Assembly: GCA_030770535.1 (NCBI GenBank)
Contig: JASVEC010000010.1
Span: 1,240,001-1,304,000, forward strand
Direction: 5' to 3'
Length of the DNA stretch: 64,000 nt
Origin: Batkoa obscura
Taxonomy: Eukaryota
In this document: positions 35,331-50,256 of the stretch, piece after piece
How positions within the stretch are numbered: the first letter of the stretch is position 1
Layout of the letters: the number at the start of each line of letters is the position of its first letter
Program-made: the position numbers and the translations under genes
Notes under the pieces: generated by a model
Told to the model about the DNA's origin: nothing
Seen by the model: the letters and a program-made list of their open reading frames with translations, nothing else
Database searches by the model: none

Positions 35331-35667
35331 ATATTCTAAATTAATGCTATGTGAAATGGCGCTACTTCATTTTAGATATAATTAGTCCATGTATAAACAT
35401 AATGTCACTATAAATCTATTTTAACAAAATTTAAAAATTAGCTCTAAAGCTATTATAAATTATTATACTGTTTTATAAATTAATGTTGTGTAAATTAGTT
35501 ACATTTGAAAAATCTACATAATAGTTAAAATTGAATGAAAATAAAATGTTAATACCAATACAACAATTTAATATAAGGAAACTTACAATATTCCTACTGA
35601 TTAAATGAAACCCAACTTTAATTATAATCAAACTGTAATTTTAAAAAGAGCCATTTTTAAAATAATA

Positions 35668-36484
35668 TCATCCTAAAAGTATATTATCATCCTCTTGTTT
35701 ATCCTCACTAAAACTCTTATTGTTATACTCTCCGATTTCTTTTTCATACTCTTTCAACTTAAAGATTAACGAAATCAGCGTCATAACCGCGGCTGCCCCA
35801 CCAACCATCACAATAGCTTTTCTAATAGATTCCCATTTCATTGCTTCAATCTCACTTCGAATCTCAGACACTTGGATCCCAAACTTATTATTAATCTCAT
35901 GCATTTTATAATCAACCTCTTTATAAATTGCTCCCATCTCATGATTATGACTACTTAAATCCAACTGTAAATCTACTTTTAATTGATTGATAGCTTCCCT
36001 TTTGTAATGTGCTAAAGCGTCTAAGTCTCTCGAAATCTTACTTAATTCTTGTTGTGTCTGCGTATAATCTTTTGTTCGCATGATTTGTAACTCGGTTCGT
36101 AGCTCATTCAAAGCTGCTCGGAATAGATATTCGTGCTACATTCTATTAGTAATTTTACTTTCATTATGAATTAATAATACCTTTTGTAAATCTTCTTTAT
36201 TTAAGCTTTGTTTTCGAAACTCCGAATACCTAAAATTAGATTCAATATCATTTATTTTTGTTAAAAGTGTAGTAGTACCTAGTTTGCATCATCGAATACA
36301 AAATTTGCATTATTATTTTAGATTGTGAGCGAGTAAATGCATCTTGTTGAAGCTTTTTTACCATTGCAAATGTATCAAAAGGGTGTCTTTTATAAGTCCT
36401 CTTTGTTGTAATTGTTCTATAGCATGATTGTAATGGCGTAAGTTTTGATAATTTGTGTGGTATTAAATTTATTAAATGATTCAT
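35668..36484 (-). CDS. Mitochondrial coiled-coil DUF1640/CCDC90 (Fmp32/Put6-like) protein, 2 introns
   Basis: Basic N-terminal presequence, HPFDTFAMVKKLQQDAFTRSQS motif, coiled coil, SEIRSEIEAMKW and a C-terminal TM segment. Confidence 0.82.
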
Positions 36485-36707
36485 TAAAAAGTATGAGTTG
36501 AAAATAAAAAATGAATTGAAATTTTAATTTACTCTATTCTTAAGATTTTTGTTGAATAATTTGAAATTAAAAATAAAACAAGAAATTCTACTGATAGTAA
36601 ATTTCATAATAGCTCAACTACAATAAAAAAAACTATGATACCGATTAAATCTAAATAATTTCTTTTTATTCTTGTTATAAACCAATATTCTTATTTTGTC
36701 CTTTTCT

Positions 36708-37365
36708 TTATTGCATATCATCCATTTTTCTTTGTTCAAGTAAAACTTTATTGAATTGCATTGGCTTAGGTACTACATCTAACAATATGTATCAGTAATA
36801 AAACAAGACAGAATAAAATTTCTTACCGGATAAAAACTCATAACGATCCTCTATTGAAACCATGGAAGCTAAAGATAAAGCAAATCAAGTCTAATCTTTA
36901 CATAAAAATAACAAACTTACCGCAATCTTTATAGTGTACATTAACTCTTTTCTCTCTCGCTGCAACGTTATAACAATCTGTAGAGAACGATTGGATAAAC
37001 AATTCCTTTTTAAAGAAATTAAATAATTTATAGATTTAGAAAATAAACTAATAATTTACCGTAGCTTTGGTAATAAGTTGATAGGCTTCCAAAGAACCAG
37101 ATTTAAACTCCTTGTCCTCTCTTATAATCTTTTTAACCCTAGCTAACGGTAGCTTCAAACTATCTGATATCGTATTGGTATCAAAAGGGTTGTAATTAAC
37201 TACAGTGCCTGATGACACAGCAGGCTTCTTTCTTATTGTTGTTGTTAACTTTCTTTTGGACGTAACTTCACTGCTTTCTTCTTCATCACTTATCTCTATC
37301 TTCTCAGCTTGTTCAATAGGCTCATTATCGCTTATTTCATCTATTTCATGGTGTTGTTTTGACAT
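36708..37365 (-). CDS. H2A-like histone-fold protein, Dpb3/POLE4/CHRAC1-like (3 introns)
   Basis: Spliced LPLARVKKIIREDKE...ITKAT|ELFIQ...KRVNVHYKDC|ASMVSIEDRYEFLS|DVVP...MDDMQ*. Confidence 0.85.
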
Positions 37366-37501
37366 ATTGAAGGAATAAAATGAGTTTTTTCAAGAATTTG
37401 AGTTTAATCAGTAGCCAACCAATTAAATAACTTTTCTAAATTGGAATTTTGATTAAAATTTGAATCTAAACCTAATTTACTTTTTAAATTATTTTTAAAT
37501 C

Positions 37502-38554
37502 ATGACACCAGAATTAAGTATAAGTCATAAATTATTGCTGCAAAATATAATGTTGATGAAGACATTGAATATTGTTCAAATGAGTGAACTTTATTGTCGT
37601 TGTTTTAAACAAGGTAATTTAATTTTAATAAAAATCAATCTTAATAAAAAAGGTTATATTGCTAGAATACAATCACTCAGAAGACTATTTTGATTCAATA
37701 TCATCAGTACTTCATGATATCAACGAAGCTATCTTCATAGTTGGGTTTGAAATCAAGAAGGCATTAGATCCAATATCAAGGGCACCATTCTTTTGTATAG
37801 TAAATTTTACTTATTTTTATTTAAATTGCCATTAATAACAAAGACTAACATAGTAGATGACGAAATGGCGCAATTAGGAAATAACTTTACCCCAATTGAA
37901 ATGAGGTATTTAAAAACATTAATTCATTCGATTATCACTGCTCCTAGAAAAAAGTTTTTTATTTCTGGTATTGAAGCCTCAAAGTTAGCTTTATTACCAG
38001 ATGAGGTTCAAAATAATAATAACGAAAACAATGAAACTAATGAAGAAGTTGTACAAACAACAGATAAATTGACAATAGCCGAAAAAGATCATTTAATAGA
38101 TAGATTTATTAACGAAACATGGCTAGAAAAAACTAGGTAATTTTACATGAATATTTTCTATTTTGACTATTAATTAAAACTGCCCATTTAGTGGAGGGTA
38201 TCTTACTTTAACTATGAGGACTTTGTTAGAGCTGCAAACAAATATATTGGATAATTACAAAGACTACATAAAAAAATGTATGTTATGTAGTACTTTAGTG
38301 ATAAACGTAAGTTAGCATATTATTTAAACTAAGTTAATTGATAATAAAAATAATAGGGAGAAATCTGCAAAGATGAAGACTGTGATAGTTGGGCTCATAT
38401 AGGCTGTATTGCCCATTACCATCGAGCTTCGGGGAAAAAAGGACTTGAGCTTAAATGTCCTAAATGTAAATGTAAATGGGAAGGTACAAAAGTGGGCTAT
38501 TATGATTCTACACAAGCAAACCAGATTAATTTCAATGCTGAAGCATTGTTGTAA
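37502..38554 (+). CDS. NSE1: Smc5/6 subunit Nse1 (winged-helix plus RING-like domain), 4 introns
   Basis: DEMAQLGNNFTPIEMRYLK, LTMRTLLEL, C..C...G..C...DC....HIGC and CPKC..W. Confidence 0.85.
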
Positions 38555-38976
38555 AAATAAATATTAGAAAAGCAGCAATAGTATAAATGATATTAAAGGT
38601 TAAAACTATTGACGTTTTTTGAAAAAAAGTTTCTCAATTTTAGTATAATTAACAATGGAACGCAGCTCATAGCAATATGAAAAATCTCATTTTTTATTTG
38701 GTTATAAGTAGTTTTATTAACTTTCAAGTGTAACTAAATAGTCTAAGATTATTTATTGCAAATTTATTATTGAGATGTTCAAATACCCTTTTTGTACTGA
38801 GGTATATTGTTATTGGTCACTTTGGATTAATTTTTTGTAGCTGTTATATTATTGAATTTTATTTTAACATCAAGCAATTTTAAATTATTGCCATAATAAG
38901 TTAATTCTTCTTTGTTCACTTATATAGATTATCTTCAGCTTTGTGTAATAGTTATAAGGATGTTAATAATATATAT

Positions 38977-39075
38977 GGGGATGTATTTTTGTATTTAAGA
39001 ATCTTACTAACAAATTTTCCACTTAAATAGCACTTAAAAAATGGAAAAAATAATGAAGTCAAAAAAGACACTCCC
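38977..39075 (+). mobile_element. MITE copy
   Basis: Family consensus with ATAT flanks. Confidence 0.88.
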
Positions 39076-39848
39076 ATATGGTGGATGTAACATTATTGAT
39101 GATTCGTAAATTGAAACTAATGAACAACATTGGAAATGATTATCAGCTCGATAATTTAGCTAAATGTTGCTTTTTTTTGCTAACAATTTATTAAAATCAA
39201 CTTTGTGTTTGCATATAGTTTAAAAAGCACATTAAAAAATAGGTTACAGTTGTGTATTAGTCGTTTTTATCATCCATTCTAATATGATGGTCTAAAATAT
39301 TAGAAGTCATCCACTTGATTAAACTGAAATTAATTTCAATCTATTAAAAATTAAAAATAAACGCAGGTCAAAAAAGAAAAAACATCACTAAAAATATGAT
39401 ATCGAAAATTGTTTATTTGTTTTTCTGGAAATATTTTGTTTATCCTCTTATCAATATAAACTTAGTTTGGGTAATAGAATTTTTATTAAAAATATTGAAA
39501 AATCATTTTAAGTTAAAATTTTGGATCAAATCATAAAGTCTATGCTATCAAACTGTGACTCAAAAAATATTTATACTCTTCAACATGTTTTTTTTACAGC
39601 TTACATAAATAAAATTTCTTAATGTTAAGTTATATTCTACTGAGAGCTGAAAATATGATGGGCCCCTTTTAAGATACCCCATAAAATGGCTCTAGGTCAT
39701 TGCTGACACTCATGACAGTTCAATTTATCTGAATAACTTAATTAATCTGATCATTTAGTTGCTCACGACGTTTTGAGTTGATTTAGAAACGACCAAACTT
39801 GATATATATTTTAACTGAAATAACTTTTTGTTAGATTTTTTACATATT

Positions 39849-39946
39849 GGGGTGTTTTTTTTGGCTTCATTACTTTTCCCACCTTTTAAACGTTATTTGA
39901 GTAGAAAAGTTATCAGTAAAATTCTTAAATACAAAAATACATCCCC
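39849..39946 (-). mobile_element. MITE copy
   Basis: GGGGTGTTTTT...ACATCCCC. Confidence 0.85.
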
Positions 39947-40084
39947 ATATATTGCTAGTTTTATTAAATATGTGCTAGTTAATAAAATATGCTTCATAGA
40001 ACAGCAATGGAGACTATGCTTTATTGAGCACAAATACAGCTGTAGGAACATGAGTTACTTTTTGAAATAATTTTTTTTGCAATA

Positions 40085-40737
40085 AATAGTACTGTCGATG
40101 AACTAAGCTCATGGTTCTTGATCTTAGGATCTTACTAAATAGGTTCTAGGGTTGATTATTACCATCATAATGAACATGGTATTGGGACGAGATCCAATTA
40201 ATGGGTTGACTGTAACTCGGTGTTGTTCATGAATTAGAATATTAGATTGGCTATGTTAATTAGTACGAATTAAGTATGAGTTTTTCTATGTCTTTTTTGA
40301 CTGACCTTATAGCGATAGTAATAATTTACACTGTATAGAGTGAACTGCCACATGAACTGTGTTAAATTGGAGCTTCATAAGTTTAAGTAAGAACAAAATT
40401 AAAAAAGTCTTTTTCAGCCAATTTAACAAAAAGCCATTTGTAGTTTTTACAACTGATGATAAGGAGCCTTATTAAGGGAGTTTTAAGACTCTCAAAGTTT
40501 ATTTGGCGGGCAGTGCAGCAATAAAATTGAACATTTATTGAATGTGCTTATATCTATATTAACTATACAGAGTTGCTATTAATGGGCTATGCTTCTTTAC
40601 TTTAGTTATTCTTAGTATAACCGTTTTTTAAATATTATCGTTAGTTATATTTATTACTGTTAGCTAGTAAGATACACTGTATAAAGTGGATTAATATGCT
40701 TATACTCATATTTCAATGGTACAAAAGGAGAAACAAA
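40085..40737 (+). pseudogene. Probable decayed GPCR paralog
   Basis: Stop-interrupted fragments VLGLIITIIMNMVLGRDPING, AINGLCFFTLVILSIT and LLLLASKIH..LILIFQWYKRR resemble matching parts of the 42539 GPCR (ILNGVL..; LLLLLHNKV..LFRWFQRK). Confidence 0.45.
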
Positions 40738-40807
40738 ATGGGGGATGTTTAAATTGGTCTCAGAATTTACTTAAATTTAAAATTTAAAATTTGAAGTTTT
40801 AATATAT

Positions 40808-40906
40808 GGGGATGTTTTTTTTGACTTCATTATTTTTTCCATCTTTTAAGCACTGTTTGAGTGGTAAAATTCTTAGTAAAATTCTTAAATACAAAAATAC
40901 ATCCCC
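40808..40906 (-). mobile_element. MITE copy
   Basis: ATAT|GGGGATGTTTTT...ACATCCCC|ATAT. Confidence 0.88.
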
Positions 40907-41243
40907 ATATAATTAATTAAATTTAAAAAGCTTAAAATTAAATAATAAAAAATTAATTTAAATGATTTATTTTATTTATTTATTTAAATAATTAATTTTT
41001 TTATTTATACTCTTTATATTGTTTTTATTGGACGTTTGATAGATATATAACATATAAATACACAGTTATTTGGCTTTATTTTCTATTAGAATAAAAACAA
41101 AATGCAAGCTTTTATAACTCAGCTCCAAAATAATTTTTTCTAAAATTTTGATACAGTAAGGAGAAGCATATTATACAAACATTATAACTTATTTACATTA
41201 ATTTTAGCAACTATTTATAATTATAAATTTAATCAAACAATAT

Positions 41244-41340
41244 GAGGATGTATTTTTATGTTTAAGAATTTTACTAACAAATTTTCCGCTCAAATAGCGC
41301 TTAAAAAATGGAAAAATAATGAAACCAAAAAAACAGCCCC
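41244..41340 (+). mobile_element. MITE copy
   Basis: Near-identical to 4891-4988. Confidence 0.88.
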
Positions 41341-41496
41341 ATATATAAAATTAATGGCTTAAAAGAGAAGGAAACAAAAATCACAAGCGGCGTGCTATCA
41401 TTAACTATAGCTCTAGTATATTTTTTTAATAAATGTGAAAGTTTTAGATTTAATATAAACAAAACTCAGTATGATTGTTTAAAAATAACTAATAAT

Positions 41497-41695
41497 GGGG
41501 GTGTTTTTTTGGTTTCGTTACTTTTTCCACCTTTTAAGCATTATTTGAGCGAAAAAATTACTAGTAAAATTATTAAACACAAGAATACATCCCCATATCA
41601 AGACGTATTTTTTAAAAATTTTGCTAATAAATTTTCCGCTCAAATAGCACTCAAAAAATGGAAAAAGTAATGAAATCAAAAAGAAATCTTTATAT
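41497..41695. mobile_element. Two adjacent oppositely oriented MITE copies (41497-41594 and ~41600-41695)
   Basis: A reverse copy is immediately followed by a degenerate forward copy. Confidence 0.8.
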
Positions 41696-42538
41696 ATTAG
41701 AAAGACATGAGTTGTGTGTGCTTGGCTATTTTATTTTATTTTATTGTATTGTATCTATACATATATACGTTAAATATAAGAGATATTTTCATCGTGTTCT
41801 ATTGATTTAGAACATCCAAAGTTTATGAACAAAACTTGATAACATTTAGTTTAGGCTGATTTATAGTGCTAAATAAGATTATTGCACAAAGGGAAGAATC
41901 GTTCAATTTAATGACATTTGGTATTTGACCTTCTATGTACTTATTTATGAATTGATTGAAGCTTCTAACTATATTTTAGATCAGAGTTGTTTAAATGCTT
42001 TTTTTCTTTTTTAATACAAACTGGAGTATTATATAAAACAAAAACATTCAAACGATTTCGAATGAGGTTATAAAATTTAAGTTATTCTAATTAAAATCAT
42101 AAATTCTTTTTAAAACTAGGGTTTTTATAAACAAATTAATCACATTTAAAGGAAAGAAGGTTCAGATTTTGAGCCATAAGATCTGAGGATAAAAAAATCG
42201 CTAAAATTAAAACTAATATAAAATAAAAGTAGTATTGGGCTTTAAACTATATTTTAGCTAACGTGTTAGTAGCATTGTTTATTTAATATAGCTAAAATAT
42301 GCTATTGTGTTGTCATATTATTTAGCTAGCCGGTTATATTATTAAATACCCTGTTTTATTCTTACTAGCTAATTTTAAATTCAAAACTCCAAGAACCATA
42401 GTGATTTTACAATCCCTTTTAAAACCAATTTGTTATAAAAGCAGAGAGCTAGTAAAAGAACATAGAATAAATCAGGATAAACTAAGGAACATATAAAAGA
42501 AATAATAATGTTAAAAACATTTTTAAATCCTTACCAAA

Positions 42539-43522
42539 ATGGGCCAAAACATTTTAGCTGTAGAAATTATTGGTGACGTATTAGGAGTCATAAGTATCCT
42601 TTTGAACCTAATAGTAGCTATAACTGTGCTTTTATTGCGTAAAGAGTCTAACCTGTTATTAGGTCTAAGCTTCATTCTGTTGACTGTTTCTTGTGATATT
42701 ATGTTGCCTATTGTTGGAATAACTCAAGAAGCAATTACTTTAATAAGCTACAATCCAATGCGAGATACAATAGGATGTCAAATTTTAGGAGTCTTTCATA
42801 ATGTTTTACCAATTAGTAGTAGTTGTGGGGTAATGCTTTTATCTTTAGAGCGCTATCTAATAATCAAAAATTTGAGAGTTCCCAAAATAATTCTTTGGAC
42901 TACTGCGGCTACTATAATTGGTGGTACTTTAACTTTAGCTATAATAAGTGCTATCAATCATCAATTTGAGTATACAACTTCTCTTATGATATGTATGAGC
43001 TCTCCAATAGGCGGGATTGCTAGTAGAAGTTTATATTACTTTATGATAATTGTATTGTTTACGAACACATTAATCATTCTTTATTGCTATTATGGTATCT
43101 TAAATATTAGAAATGAAGCAAAGGCATTGACCAATATGAGTTTGGATTTTAATGATGATTCAATAAAGTTTATCTCACTGGGCGAAGGTAGAAATTCTAA
43201 GGACTACAAGCTTAAAGCTATTATAGAAAGTGTAAAGCAAGGCTTTAAAATGGAAAAAGAGTTAATATTGAAAGCTGTGTTATTTGTAGCTTGTTATGGG
43301 CTATTTATACTGCCATGTATAATTTTAATGACTTATCATAGTGTTATGTCAAATATCAATAATGATTTTATTTTAAATGGTGTACTATCATCTATTATGT
43401 TTGCTTCCCTTTCTTCCCTTTCGCTTATTAATCCTATCCTTTTATTACTTCTTCATAATAAGGTATATAATAAGTTTAAATTTTTACTTGTATCACTCTT
43501 TCGTTGGTTTCAGCGTAAGTAA
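42539..43522 (+). CDS. 7-TM receptor, rhodopsin/class-A-like GPCR (intronless)
   Basis: Seven hydrophobic segments, TM1 Asn, TM2 Asp, GCQ at the top of TM3, LSLERY, ECL2 Cys, ILYCY and INPILL. Confidence 0.88.
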   Translation: MGQNILAVEIIGDVLGVISILLNLIVAITVLLLRKESNLLLGLSFILLTVSCDIMLPIVGITQEAITLISYNPMRDTIGCQILGVFHNVLPISSSCGVMLLSLERYLIIKNLRVPKIILWTTAATIIGGTLTLAIISAINHQFEYTTSLMICMSSPIGGIASRSLYYFMIIVLFTNTLIILYCYYGILNIRNEAKALTNMSLDFNDDSIKFISLGEGRNSKDYKLKAIIESVKQGFKMEKELILKAVLFVACYGLFILPCIILMTYHSVMSNINNDFILNGVLSSIMFASLSSLSLINPILLLLLHNKVYNKFKFLLVSLFRWFQRK

Positions 43523-44032
43523 TCAACAGTTCCCTACAAAATTCAATTAATTAATAAAGTTTTATTTATCTTTATCTTCTTTATTAGAATAGTATTATCT
43601 TTTCAATTAAAGATTAAAGATTAAAGATTAAAGATCAAAGATTAAATTAATATTGAATTCAAATGTCCATATTCAAATACTCAATTTTAAAAAAAACCCT
43701 CTTTCTATAAAAAACAATCTTATTTTTAAGGAATTACTTTACTGTTAGCCTATCAATAACTCATAGGATAGCAAGCCTTTGTTTATTAATGCAGTCTTAA
43801 GAAAACTTAGGCTCATTCAATAATTATAAAAATCTATTCTGTATGTCAAGAGTAAAAGATGACTATGTTGTTAACTGCTTTAGTATTGACTCGGTTACTG
43901 ATTTTCAATATTTCTAACCTGCTTGTCACTCTTTAAACCAAAAAGGTTAGTCGAGACTTTTATTGACATTAAATTAGACATACTGCTGAGCTAAAAGGAT
44001 AAATACAAGAGTCAAAGAAAGACTCAAGATAT

Positions 44033-44131
44033 GGGAGTGTTCTTTTTGACTTCATTATTTTTTCTATTTTTTAAGCGCTATTTGAGCGGAAAATTTGTTA
44101 GTAAAATTCTTAAACACAAAAATGCATCCCC
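44033..44131 (-). mobile_element. MITE copy
   Basis: Family consensus with ATAT flanks. Confidence 0.85.
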
Positions 44132-45206
44132 ATATAGTTCTTTGCTTGGCTCTGTTATTATGGCGTGAGTCAAATTGTCGTTTTATATGGAGCTTTAATA
44201 CTTTGTATCTTATGGTTTAATTTACATAAGACTTCTAGTGATGAAATAGCCTTCATATTGCAGTGAAAGTTTTGATATTGAAAAAACCTTTCCATTAAAA
44301 AGTTATGCGGAATGTATCGTAAAAGTTATATGTGAGAATTTAAGAAGGGATTTAATTAAGCTTTGATATTTGACATGTTTTGTGTATATATCAGGCTAGG
44401 GAGGACTAGACTAGAGATAAACATCAAGTGATTAAATTAGATCCGTATGAGATTGAAGCAATCATTCTGTCTTTTTTAATTTTATCTAACCCAATAATAT
44501 TCTACAGTTATTTTCTTTAGGACTGTTTAAAATATTTCTTTCTTGAGTGATATTTTTCCTTTTTATTTATTACTATAATTTTATACTTTACAATTTTCAT
44601 ATAGAGTTTCTATATGTTTGAAATGTTTGGAAACTTTTATCTGTTATTAAAAACAATGTCATTGTTGTCCATAATATAAGTATTTTGTATTTTATGGAAG
44701 TGTTCTGATAGGAAAAAAATGAACTTTGGGTTTAAATATAGGCATATATTGAATATAATAGTTAGTGAAAATGTAAGTTTTTTAGCAATATGATTTATTG
44801 ACTATTTATTTTTTACACAAAGCTTCAATCGAGTACATATTTTTACTAAAGATTTTATATGGTTATGCTTTATTGACTATTATACAATTTTGTATATACT
44901 ACTTCTTTAAATCTTTACTTTTCAAGCTAAATATTTTTTATTTTTTATTTTTTATTTTTTATTTTTACTGCTATTAATGATTATTTCGATTTCAAACATA
45001 TTCAACTGCCAATCTGAAACACATCAATTATCATTTAAAAATAACCGAAAACTCAATGATAAAATAAATTAAGTTTGAAACTCAAAAAATCAAAAAATCA
45101 AAAAATAATATTCCATACAACCAATATTTTTTTTAATCTTTATCTTTTATACTTTTTATTCATATTAAAACAATATCACCCCAAAAGCAACAAACTAATA
45201 CCGCCA

Positions 45207-46155
45207 ATGATCGTCCTTTTACCCCTTCTTTATTTACCATCGATCCTGGCCCAACTACCCAATCCCTCAATAAATAATACTAATTTAATATTAGAGCCCT
45301 TTAAAGCTCCTCGAGCTATGTTGATTGCTGAAAATGAAATTCCAGAACTAGATGAGCCAATAGCATCTTCTGTCAATACAGATGTATCCCCACCACCAAG
45401 TAACATACCCCCAGTCATATCTCCAGCTATATCAGTTGTCTCTACGGCTACTCCATCTGCCAATGAAGCAGTGGCATTCTCTCAATCTAATACTCCTGCT
45501 GTTACTCCAGCTGCTAATCCACTTACTGTTAATTCACCACCACCGGTTCTATCAGCTTCATTAACACCACCAAATATAGATAATAAAGCACAGGTTGTGA
45601 CACCAAGTATAGAAAATAAAATATTGCCTATAACTGGTAGCAGTAATTTGCCATCAAGTCAAGAGAGTAAAGCGGAGCCAGTACCAAGTACTACAGTAAT
45701 TCAAGGGAGTGCAACTAATTCAAATCCAGTGACACCGATTGGAGGTAACGTAATTGGATCAAATACTACAATGAAAATGCAATTGCCATTAACAGGTTAG
45801 TTTTTAGTTCAATTTTATTGATATGTTTTTAGTTAATTTTTCACTTACTTTAGCTTCTACTCCAACCAATACAATCCCTTCCAGTAGTAATAGTTCTTCA
45901 GACTCCTTAAAGATGACCACAATTACCACCAGTATGGGTATGCCTAATACTACAACATCTAGCAGCTCAAGTGATAGTAATAGAAGTGAATCTAAAACTG
46001 ATTCCGTTGAACTTACAATTCCTGCCGCTTCAGCTTCGAAAAGAGCTAGTGTTACTTATATCAATGAATTTGTTGATTCAAGTTCAATTTCCTTATCATT
46101 TAATTGCTCTATTTATATCTCTTTATTTATCCTCTCTTTTATATCATTAAATTAA
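45207..46155 (+). CDS. Secreted Ser/Thr/Pro-rich protein, probably GPI-anchored at the cell surface (intron 45796-45853)
   Basis: MIVLLPLLYLPSILAQ signal, mucin-like body and hydrophobic C-terminus. Confidence 0.8.
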
Positions 46156-46265
46156 TACAACTTATTGGAAACAGGATTTATTATATTATACACATATATT
46201 GTTTTTTATACATACATGAATTTTATTTTCTTATACTAGACAAAATAGGAAACATCACCTATTAT

Positions 46266-47921
<1,656 letters not shown>

Positions 47922-48481
47922 CTTTAAAACTTGAATATTTAAAACAAAAAAATTAAAGTTAACTCTAAGGTTTTGAGTATTTATATATCATAATCTGATG
48001 AATGAATTCTTCGATAAGTCGCTTTAAATCTGAAGTATGATACCAATCATAGCTAATAATTAATTATCCAGCTTTAATTCATTGGTTCAATTTTATACTC
48101 CCATTACTAACTCAGTTTTTCCAAGTTTAGTTGCTCTTTTTTTACACCAAAGTTTGAAATTTAACCTAATTCATAGCCAATGAATTCTTTATCTTTAACT
48201 TTGCTTGCATCATCTTTGAAATTTATCAAAATCACATACGTCGAATCTTAATGCTAAAATCTCCGAATTTTATTGGTCGATTTTTAAGCCTAATCTTTTA
48301 TCGTGGTAACTTTTAGCCTTTTGAAAATAACATGTTATCAAATCTATATATTTATCTTATCATTTAATTTTATTCTATTATTATCATTATACTGTATTTG
48401 TTAAATAATCTTTTGAAAAAAATTAATTTACCGATAGAATAGCAACATTCTTCTTAATCCTCTTTTATTTCATAATACCCC

Positions 48482-49075
48482 TTACATCATAAGTCCACCA
48501 ATATGAACCTCACTATCAACATTGATTGTAGCATCAGCGATAAGGCCTGGAGCTTTAGAAAATAAAAAGATACAAGTGCTAGAAATTCTAATAAGATTAT
48601 TAGATTTCTTCAAAGGAATTTTACTGGTTAATGGATCCAAACCAACTTGTTGAATTGATCGTTTCGTCATACTAATTTCAAAAGTTTGAGTGCATTAGCA
48701 TTAACTAGGATTGGTCGGGTAGCTATATGATGTTTTAATAAACGAGTAAGATGATGTACAGCGGCTTCGGATATATTATACACAATGATGTTATATCCGG
48801 ATCGTATATCTTGAATGGAACCAATGTTAATAACACAAACTGGGTCTTCAGAGGTAGAAGCTTCTTCAAGGGGAAAGAGTAAGCTGAAAGATAGATTAGC
48901 TTAAGTTAATTAATATGATAAACTAGGATTACACCAAAAAATAAAATTCCAATATTCAAATCTATAACACAATTTTAAGGCTTCAGTAGTAGCATTTTCT
49001 AATTCAGAAGCTGAGGTGATTAATTTTGGTTAAAAAATTTACATAAAATAATTTGTATTATCAACACATTACATA
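48482..49075 (-). pseudogene. Frameshifted, 5'-truncated duplicate of the adjacent SDR gene
   Basis: Colinear with 51733-52370, including intron remnants and 3' flank; frameshift near 48680; YDVSK changed to YNISE. Confidence 0.85.
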
Positions 49076-49769
49076 AAAGATTAATAGAAAATAATATAGC
49101 TAAAAAATAAAATGAGTTTATTAAAACTAAGTACAATAAAATTTTAAAAAGCTATTATATCAAGAAGTATAAATTTATATAGTAAACCTAAATAAAAGAC
49201 TAAATTATTTATGCATGAGTTTATAAACATTTAATTTGACACTAAAATCACATAGTTAATCAAATTTATTATATGAGCTATAATTAAATTATAAAAATAC
49301 GGTTACTGCTATAATTAATCTAAGTCGTTACTGTAGTATAATCAATTATTGAATTAGCAAAGCAACATTTCAATTTCCCTCTTTATATATAGTATAGTGA
49401 GTTTATTATTTACTTACAGATGTCTGAATTGGTTTAAAATTTAAAAATCAATCTAAATTTAAGTTTTAAATTTATAAATCCTTAACATATGATTGGCTTA
49501 GATTCAAAAAAACCTAAAATTAAGTAAAAATTAACTTAAAAGACTTGTTCTAATTGTTTCATTCCTTTTAAAATTTTAAATTATATGCTTTATACTACTT
49601 TTACTAAATGTTTAAATTAATTTTGTTAAATGTTTAGTAGATACATAATATACTTATTTGTTTCACTTTGGTTTCTATTAAGATAAAAATAAAATACAAG
49701 TTCTTATAACTAAGCTTTAAAATAAAAATTCTAAAAATTTTAAAATAATAAAGAGAAGTATACAATGCT

Positions 49770-50233
49770 TGTGAAATATCGCTTTGTCAGTCCCATGGTT
49801 AATTATAACATAACAATCGCCTAAGCTGTTGTGTTCTCGAGCTCAGAGGAAACCAATCCCATGTTCTTATTTTGATTTGTTATGAGAATTTCTAGCTCCA
49901 TCCAAAAGAATATTATCCTCTCATTTTGATATTTATACTTTTCAGAGTATAAAAGAGTTTACAGAGTATAATAGTTCGAGGCTTTTTAACTGAATTATTC
50001 CCTGATATCTCGAACATTTAATAAAGCCACTAAGTTTTCTTAATAGTATTTTACATAGGTTTTGCATTAGTATTGTCTATTCTATTTGTCTTATATAACT
50101 TGTAACATATTACGTGCTATTCCTCATAATCCAAGTCTATCTTAGTTACATAAACTAAGACCTTTCGACTTATAGTGTAGTCAACCCAGCAATAGCTGTT
50201 CTTGACTCCAAACCCTGAGTACCAGATCTCACA
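49770..50233 (+). mobile_element. Solo-LTR-like element (464 bp)
   Basis: TGTGAAAT...ATCTCACA ends with internal TATAAAA and AATAAA; very similar to 61977-62440. Confidence 0.8.
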
Positions 50234-50256
50234 CCCACATATTATATAAAACATAT

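Noticed and set aside
20056..43645. Short tandem repeats (AAAATAGAATATT ~20060-20100, TAA/TAT runs ~21901 and ~26045, ATTAAAG ~43606-43645)
   Set aside because: Ordinary slippage microsatellites in introns or 3' regions.
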